Assembly: GCF_036365525.1 (NCBI RefSeq)
Contig: NC_090371.1
Location: 103,262,211-103,326,210 of the forward strand
DNA: 64,000 nt
Direction of reading: 5' to 3'
Origin: Heterodontus francisci
Taxonomy: Eukaryota
The position numbers and the translations under genes are program-made. Under the pieces are notes generated by a model that was not told where the DNA came from, ran no database searches, and saw only the letters and a list, made by a program, of their open reading frames with translations. This document shows positions 56,828-64,000 of the stretch, piece after piece; position 1 is the first letter of the stretch, and every line of letters begins with the position of its first letter.

Positions 56828-57969
56828 CTTTTGTTTTATTCGTTCATGGGATTTGGGCATTGCTGGCTAGGACATCATTTATTGCCCATCCCTAATTTCC
56901 CTTGAGAAGGTGGTGGTGAGCCACCTTCTTGAACTGCTGCAGTCCATGTGGGGTAGATACACCCATAGTGCTGTCAGGATTTTGACCCAGCGACTGTATA
57001 CCACTGTGCTGCCACCTCTGGTGGGTCTGTCCTGCTGGTGGGATAGGGCATAGCCAGGAATAGTGATGATGGTGTCTGGGACATTGCCTGCAAGGTTTGA
57101 TTCTGTAAATATGACTATATCAGGCTGTTGCTTCACTAGTCTGTGGGACATGTCTCCTAATTTTGGCACAAGCCCCCAGATGTTAGTAAGGAGGACTTTG
57201 CAGGGTCAACAGGGCTGGATTTGCCATTGTTGTTTCCAATGCCAACGTTGATGCCAGGTGGTCTATTTGGTTTCATTCCTTCTTTTAGACTTTGTAGTGG
57301 TTTCATACAACTGAGTGGCTTGCTCGGCCATTTCAGAGGGCATCTAAGAGTCAACCACATTGCTGTAGGTCTGGAGTCACATGTAGGCCAGACCAGGTAA
57401 GGATGGCAGATTTCCTTCCCTAAAGGACATTCGGTTTTTTTATTTGTTCATGGGATATGGGTGTCGCTGACAAGGCCAGCATTTATTGCCCATCCCTAAT
57501 TGCCCTTGAGAAGGTGGTGGTGAGCTGCCTTCTTGAACCGCTGCAGGCCATGTGAGGTAGGTACACCCACAGTGCTGTTAGGAAGGGAGTTCCAGGATTT
57601 TAACCCAGCGACAGTGAGGAAATAGCGATATAGTTCCAAGTCAGGATGGTGTGTGGCTTGGAGGGGAACTTGCAGGTGGTGATGTTCCCATGCAATTGCT
57701 GCCCTTGTCCTTCTAGTTGGTAGAGGTCGCAGGTTGGAACGTGCTATCAAAAGGAGCCTTGGTGTGTTTAGTGAACCGGAAGGGGTTTTTTACAACAATC
57801 GACAATGGTTTCATGGTCACCATTAGACTAGCTTTTAATTCCAGATTTATTAATTGAATTTAAATTTCACCTTCTACCATGGTGGGATTCCAACCCAGGT
57901 CCTCAGAGCATTGGCCTTGGCCTCTGGAATATTAGTCCAGTGACATTATCACTGCATCACCACCTCCCC
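56828..57969 (-). mobile_element. Internally deleted family X LINE with a tRNA-SINE-like 5' head
   Basis: Head with B-box-like GGGTTGGAATCCC (57884-57896); core GGTTCACTAA|TGTCCTTTAGGGAAGGAAATCTGCC; APE start LLTNIWGLVPKLG...QQPDIVIFTES...QDRPTRGG; then directly the 3' tail. Confidence 0.7.
57433..57768 (-). mobile_element. Family X LINE 3' fragment inserted into the previous element
   Basis: WNSLPNSTVGVPTSHGLQRFKKAAHHHLLKGN and tail; host sequence GGACATT|AGTGAACC rejoins. Confidence 0.8.
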
Positions 57970-58449
57970 TTGTTAGCACTCAGTTTTGGCCAGTTCTGAC
58001 ATAAAATTTGCTGACCTCAATGTGACTGGGAGCAGCCATGATCCCTTCAATGCTCCAATGTTCCCAGCACAGGATACTGGGACTCTCATAAGACAATGGC
58101 AGTTGCTTTTCTGGTTGTCAAGGGTATGGGGGATTGTACGGGAGAACCAGGCTGCATTCCATTCTCTTCCTGATTGATCATGGAGTCATTGGGAACTCAC
58201 AGGGCATTTGGGATATGGTGCAGTTTGTAGCCCTCCAGTTTACTTGTGGTGTAGTTGTGGTTGGAGTACATTGGAATGGGCCAAAGACTCTTAACTTCCT
58301 AAGCTCTAATCCTGCTTGAGGCTTATTGATTTATTTTTATGTCTTCCTGAGCTACAATCATTAAGTTGAACAACTTGCATCCACATTTTAAATCATTTTC
58401 AGCACAATTAAATTTTCCTTTAAAAGTGCACACATTTTTTTCTTTCCAG

Positions 58450-58577
58450 GTACTTGGAAATATTTAGAACTGGAACCATCTGTACCACTCTTTCCTGAGC
58501 ATTCCCCAATGCACCAGTACGCTTTTGAAGATCAGGTGCCAAATATTGTGCACAATTTTCTCATTGTGATCTTATCA
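58450..58577 (+). other. Candidate exon (128 nt) of an unidentified plus-strand transcript
   Basis: Strong acceptor ttttttttctttccag and donor CA|GTAAGT; one open frame TWKYLELEPSVPLFPEHSPMHQYAFEDQVPNIVHNFLIVILS. Confidence 0.4.
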
Positions 58578-58627
58578 GTAAGTTGTAAAGAATAAAAGCC
58601 AGTTTTGAACTATTATTAAATGCTTTT

Positions 58628-58750
58628 AGTCATAGAGTCGTACAGCATAGAAGCAGGCCCTTCGGCCCACCGCGTCCATGCTGACCATAATGCCTATTTA
58701 TACTAATCCCACCTGCCTGCATTAATTCCATATCCCTCTATGCCTTTCTC
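58628..58750 (-). mobile_element. CR1 3' UTR tip
   Basis: Plus strand AGTCATAGAGTCGTACAGCATAGAAGCAGGCCCTTCGGCCCA. Confidence 0.75.
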
Positions 58751-59496
58751 CTTTTTGAGATGCCTCCTAGGATTTGTTTAGACTTGGTTCTAGCCTTGTG
58801 TTGACTTGATACTTACACTGAATAGTCGTTAATCTGCAACAATCCTTCCCTATTTTTGACTGTGGGCAAAGATCACGTTGTGTTTTGTGCATTGATATGA
58901 TTCACCTAACATTTTTCTCAGATTGTTTAGAAGACTGTTTTAGTGTGCATGGCATGAACCATTTTAAAAAAGGAATTAATATGAACTAATTAAAGCAAGA
59001 AATTGTTTTAAAATAAATAACATAAAAAACAAATAGAATTTAATAAGAAATCAATGGAAAAAATGAAAGAAATGGAAAGAAAAATATGATAAAGTAAGTG
59101 AACAATCAACAAAATCAGTATAAGACAAGAGAAAAATATTAAACCATTGATGATAGTCAGGTAGAAGAATGATGCTTAGTTTATTTTTGTGAAGGTGCTC
59201 CATTCTTAAAACGTTTTGATGACTTGTGTTAAAGATTATAGACATTGGTTCACTGGATGCGTGTTTTTTAACAAGGATCACTGGGAGAACACGTGAGGTT
59301 TTGTTTGAAAACAAACCTTTACTGGATGTCACATGCCTTAAGCTAAATAAACAACAGAAGCCTTGGTGACTCAGGAGAGGTGTTTACAGAGAAGTGACAT
59401 GTCAAGATTTATGATGGTCAAGAATTGGCTTCACTTTTGGGATATTGTTTTGGTTCAGTTGGGGGGTGGCCTGTTTTGGTGGCAATTGGAGGTTGA

Positions 59497-61150
59497 GAGG
59501 GAGTTGCCCTGGGAGTCCTCAACATGGACTCTGGACCCTATGAAGTGTCATGGAATCAGGTCAAACATGGGCAAGGAAACCTCCTGCTGATTACCATCTA
59601 CCACCTCTCCCCCCCCCCCCACCCCGCCCCACATCAGCTGATGAATCAGTGCTTCTCCATGTTGAATAACAATTGGAAGAAGCACTGAGGGTAGCCAGGG
59701 CACAGAATGTACTCTGGGTGGGGGACTTCAATGCCCATCACCAAGAGTGGCTCGGTAGCACCACTATTGACTAAGCTGGCAGAGTCCTAAAGGACATAGC
59801 TGCTAGACTGGGTCTGCGGCAGGTGGTAAGGGAACCAACAAGAGGGAAAAACTTACTTGACCTTGTCCTCACCAGTCTGCTTATCGCAGATGCATCTGTC
59901 CATGACAGTATTGGTAGGAGTGACCACGGCACAGTCCTTGTGGAGATGAAGTCCCATCTTCACATTGGGGGTACCCACCATTGTGTTATGTGGCACTACC
60001 ATTGTGTTAAATGGGATAGATTTTGAACAGATCTAGCAACTCAAAACTGGGCATCCATGAGGCGCTGTGGGCTATCAGCAGCAGAATTGCATTCAACCAC
60101 AATCTGTAACCTCATGGCCCAGAATATTCCCAACTCTACCATTGCCATCACGCCGGAGGACCCGCCTCAGTTCAATGAAGAGTGCAGGAGGGCATGCCAG
60201 GAGCAGCACCAGGCATACCTCAAAATGAGGTGTCAGCCTGCGAAAGCTACAACACAGGACTACTTGCATGCCAAACAGCTGAAGCAGCATGCGATAGAAA
60301 GGGCTAAGCGATCCCACATCCAACGGATCTGATCTGAGCTCTGCAGTCTTGCCACATCCAATCGTGAATGGTGGTGGACAATTAAACAGCTAACAGGAGG
60401 AGGCTCCACAAATATTCCCATTCTCAATGATGGGGGAGCACAGTACATCAGTACAAAAGACAAGGCTGATGCATTTGCATCCACCATCAGCCAGATGTGC
60501 CGAGTGGATGATCCATCTTGGTCTCCTCCTGAGGTCCCCAGCATCAAGATGCCAGTCTTCAGCCAATCCAATTCACTCCACATGACATCAAGAAACAACT
60601 GAAGGCACTGGACACCACAAAGGCTATGGGCCCTGACAACATTCCAACAATAGTACTGAAGACTTGTGCTCTGGAACAAGCCTGCCCCTATCCAAGCTAT
60701 TCCAGTACAACTGCAACACAGGCATCTAGCTGGCAATGTGTAAAATTGCTCAGGTATGTCCTGTCCACAAATAGCAGAACAATTCCAACCCAGCCAATTA
60801 CTGCCCTATCAGCCTACTGTTGATCATCAGCAAAGTGATGGGAGGGGTCGTCGACAGTGCTATCACGTGGCAATGCTCAGCAATAACCTGCTCATTGACA
60901 CTCAGTTTGGATTCTGCCAGGTCCACTCTGCTCCTGACCTCATTACAGCCTTGGTCCAAACATGGACAAAAAAGAGCTGAACTCCAGAGGTGAGGTGAGA
61001 GTGACTGCCTTTGACATCAAGGCAGCATTTAACCAAGTGTGGCATCAAGGAGCCCTAGCAAAACTGGAGTCAATGGGAATCGGGGGAAAACTGTCCGCTG
61101 GTTGGAGTCATACCTATCACAAAGGAAGATGGTTGTGATTGTTGGAGGTT
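59497..61150 (+). mobile_element. Family X LINE internal fragment (APE and N-terminal RT), decayed
   Basis: GDFNAHHQEWL, EPTRGKNLLDLVLT, GRSDH, KAMGPDNIP, NYCPISLL, QFGFCQ.HSAPDL, FDIKAAF.QVWH. Confidence 0.85.
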
Positions 61151-61959
61151 GCTTTGAAGGTGCTTCTGTTTTTTGTTAAAATTATTTTTTAAAGGAATTC
61201 ATAGGCAAACTGAATAAATGCTCTTCATGGCCCCACAAAAATAAAAATAAATGTTTATGGCCATTTGGCAAATAGGACAGGGCATGGAGGTGTCAGTAGT
61301 AAAAGACCACTGTATATTTGTTGGACCAGAGTGAACATTACTACTCCTCCTGGTCCCACAAAATTTTCCAAAAATGAAATCCAGAATGTTTTGAAGTGGT
61401 CTCCAGTGATCCCTTTAAGAATCACTAGTTGGGTCACTCATTACTTGGTACAACTGTGGGGAGCATGTGCCAATCTAATTCCATACAGTTTAACAGACAT
61501 GCAAAGGAAGTACCCAGCAGTAGGGTCATGAACAAGGCTAAAACCTCTCCGAGTGGTGCCATGTCCAATCTATCTAGCCAACCCTTAACTGGTGAAAGAC
61601 ATGGCAGAAAGTGGCTAGGACCAACCAAACACTGCAACATGACAACATCAGTTTCAGGACCATCTCATGAACCAAAACAGGGAGCTACAAATATCCAGGA
61701 GGATCCCACACACCTGCAGGCAATTTCTGTTCTTCTGAAGTAACTGGATAGAGCACAAGGTTAGGATTATAAAGCACAAGAAGATATTTGGTCACCAAGG
61801 GAAAAGCTAGACAAAAACCATATTTAGGGAAATAAGTACAGTTGCACTTTAATTCAATAGTGCCCAGAGATTTCTCTTCTGTGGGTGTGAAATACAAGAT
61901 TAGCATATGAAAATTTGACACCTATGATCTTTGAGTTAGTGCAGAAGATATTGTTGCTG

Positions 61960-62505
61960 AAATGAAACCTGTGTTCAGTTCTGGGCAACATACTTTAGGA
62001 AGGATGTCAAGGCCTTGGATACGGTGCTGGAGATTTTTTAGAATAGTACCAGGGATGAGGGACTGCGGTAATGTGGAAAGACTGGAAAAATTGGGGTTGT
62101 TCTTCTTAGAGCAGAGAAGATTAAGGGGAGATCTGATGGAGATGTGCAACATCATTAATGGTTTTGATAGAGTAAATTAAGAGAAACTATTTTCAGAGAC
62201 AGAATGATCAGTAACCAAAGGACACAGATTTAAGATGATTGGCAAATGAACCAGGGGTGATATGAAGAAAAGCATTTCCTTACACAGTGAGTTGCTATCA
62301 TCGAGAATACACTGTCTGAAAGGGTGGTGGAAGCAGATTCGATAGTAACATTCAAGAGAATTGGTTAAAAACCTGAAGGGAAAAAATATCAGGCTATGGG
62401 GAAAGAGCAGGGGTGTGGGATTCATTGGATAGGTCCAGCAAAGATCCCACATAGGCATGATGAGTTGAATGGCCTTCTTCTGTGCTGTATCATTCCATGA
62501 TTCTA
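61960..62505 (+). mobile_element. CR1 3' fragment
   Basis: ERLEKLGLFFLEQRRLRGDL, 3' UTR and ATTCTATG tail. Confidence 0.85.
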
Positions 62506-62599
62506 TGTTTTATGTCACTGTATTGTACACACTTAGCTGAGTCTCTCACATTGTAGTTCAGAGCTATCTAACAACAGAGCTGATAGACCTCGTCCTCCA

Positions 62600-62780
62600 T
62601 TGATATGCAGCTCTGAATGCAAAAGAAATGAAGTATTACAAGGTCCCTTGACTTGTCCAATCATCTGAAACCCTGCTTCAAGATGCCTATGGTGTGTACA
62701 ACAATGATTATGATAACGGCATATGCCTGTATCTTCACTCTGTAAAGCGGCCACAATTGTGTTATGAGCCAAGGCCAAAG
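62600..62780 (-). pseudogene. Harbinger transposase relic (C-terminal piece)
   Basis: IIVVHTIGILKQGFR*LDKS resembles the IE.TIG.LK.RFRCLD motif. Confidence 0.5.
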
Positions 62781-63809
62781 ATGATATCCTTGGTCTTCTC
62801 AAACTATTCTTGCTTAGAGCAGGTGTGGATTCTGATGTCAAACTGATAAAATCCCTAACAACCATAGGTAATTGATCCCAGAGGGCACTGCTTACCTGTT
62901 AAATGTCCCCTGTTGGATTTCCAGTAAAATTTTAAAATGCTCTAATTTTCTTCTTTTGACCACAAATAGAGCCTTTTCTGATTTTCCAGCACTTCATTGA
63001 GGAGGGCACCTCTGTTGCACCTCTACAGGCATGGTTGGTGCTTTTAGTGGAAGAGAAGTGATTCCAAGATTTTGTCCCCCACACTGACAGAAAAGTTCCT
63101 TTCCTCCTTCAAGATCCTCAAGGCAAGAACTTTCAGGGTAATATTCAATGTTTCTATCCACAGAATCACAGAATTGTTATAGCACGGAAGGAGGCCATTC
63201 GGACCATCATATCCTCACTGTCCAAGTAGCTAAGTCGGCAGAACAAGACTTCCTGACTGCTTTGAAACAGCTTTTGTTTGTTAATCATTTTCTCATTTAA
63301 TGCAGCTTTACATATCCTATGCACAAAGAAAACTTTTATGTTATCAGCTTGGCTCAATTGGCAACAATTTCACCTTTGGGTCCTGAGCTTATAATCTAGA
63401 CGGACACTTCAGGGCAGTAGTGAGCAAAAGAAAAAATTCAACAACCTTATCACACCAGTATTATCACACCGTATTATCTAAAATAAATATTTTACGTCCG
63501 CCTGAGGGCACCAATGGTAATACGAATAAACACATCAGGGAATGATTAGGCAATGTTTTTAGATATAGTTACACACTTTCAGGTGCTTCTTTTAACCATT
63601 ATCACAACGAAAAAATTAAGCCATCTACTCAATGAATTCTGGCTATGCATCTGAACCAATAACATCTTATAAACAGCATTGAGATGACTACGCAGTGGGT
63701 CTGTTTTTTGCTGCAGTATTGATAAGGGAGCAAGATTGGTAGGACACTGAGAGATCCTTTGCTCTTCAGCATTTCAACTTTAATGCTTACCTGAGTCAAT
63801 GGAACAGTA

Positions 63810-63985
63810 AACAAGGCCCTGCTTTTAACAGTTTACTGTCTCATCCGAAAGAAGGCAATTCTAACAGGGTAGTCCTACCGAGCATGACAGCTTATATTGT
63901 GTTCTGATGTCCTGGAAAGGAACTTGAACCCACAATCTTGTGGCTCAGAGGCAAATGTGCTACCAACTAAGCCATACTGGTGACT
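63810..63985 (-). mobile_element. tRNA-derived SINE (SacSINE1/DeuSINE-like)
   Basis: Minus strand GGCTTAGTTGGTAGCAC...GTGGGTTCAAGTTCC...CTTTCGGATGAGAC. Confidence 0.7.
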
Positions 63986-64000
63986 GCGAGACAATAGCAC

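Noticed and set aside
61265-61743. Overlapping 88- and 104-aa ORFs in unique-looking DNA
   Set aside because: No motifs, non-AUG starts and no convincing splice signals; lengths are within chance expectation

Overview
This is vertebrate eukaryotic DNA, most likely from a cartilaginous fish (shark), inferred from HE1/V-type SINEs, SacSINE1-like tRNA SINEs and HER1-like CR1 LINEs. No recognisable host protein-coding gene is present. The window is intergenic or intronic sequence dominated by nested transposons. These include about ten CR1 LINE copies (three full or near full length, several very young), a complete PIF/Harbinger element with TIRs and TSD plus relics and MITEs, and Penelope-like fragments carrying minimal hammerhead ribozyme motifs. 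There is also a GalEa-like Ty1/copia LTR-PBS-gag fragment, a split solo LTR, an RTE-derived element and SINEs. A few isolated exon-like segments could belong to a spliced lncRNA or unknown gene (low confidence). The most notable signal is at the CR1 ORF1/ORF2 junction. In four copies from three diverged subfamilies, ORF1 ends in G_GGU_UUA_AAC_UAR, which is two tandem canonical -1 slippery heptamers. ORF2 lies in the -1 frame with no conserved AUG, suggesting programmed -1 ribosomal frameshifting in a LINE. All family names come from motif recognition by eye, not database searches.
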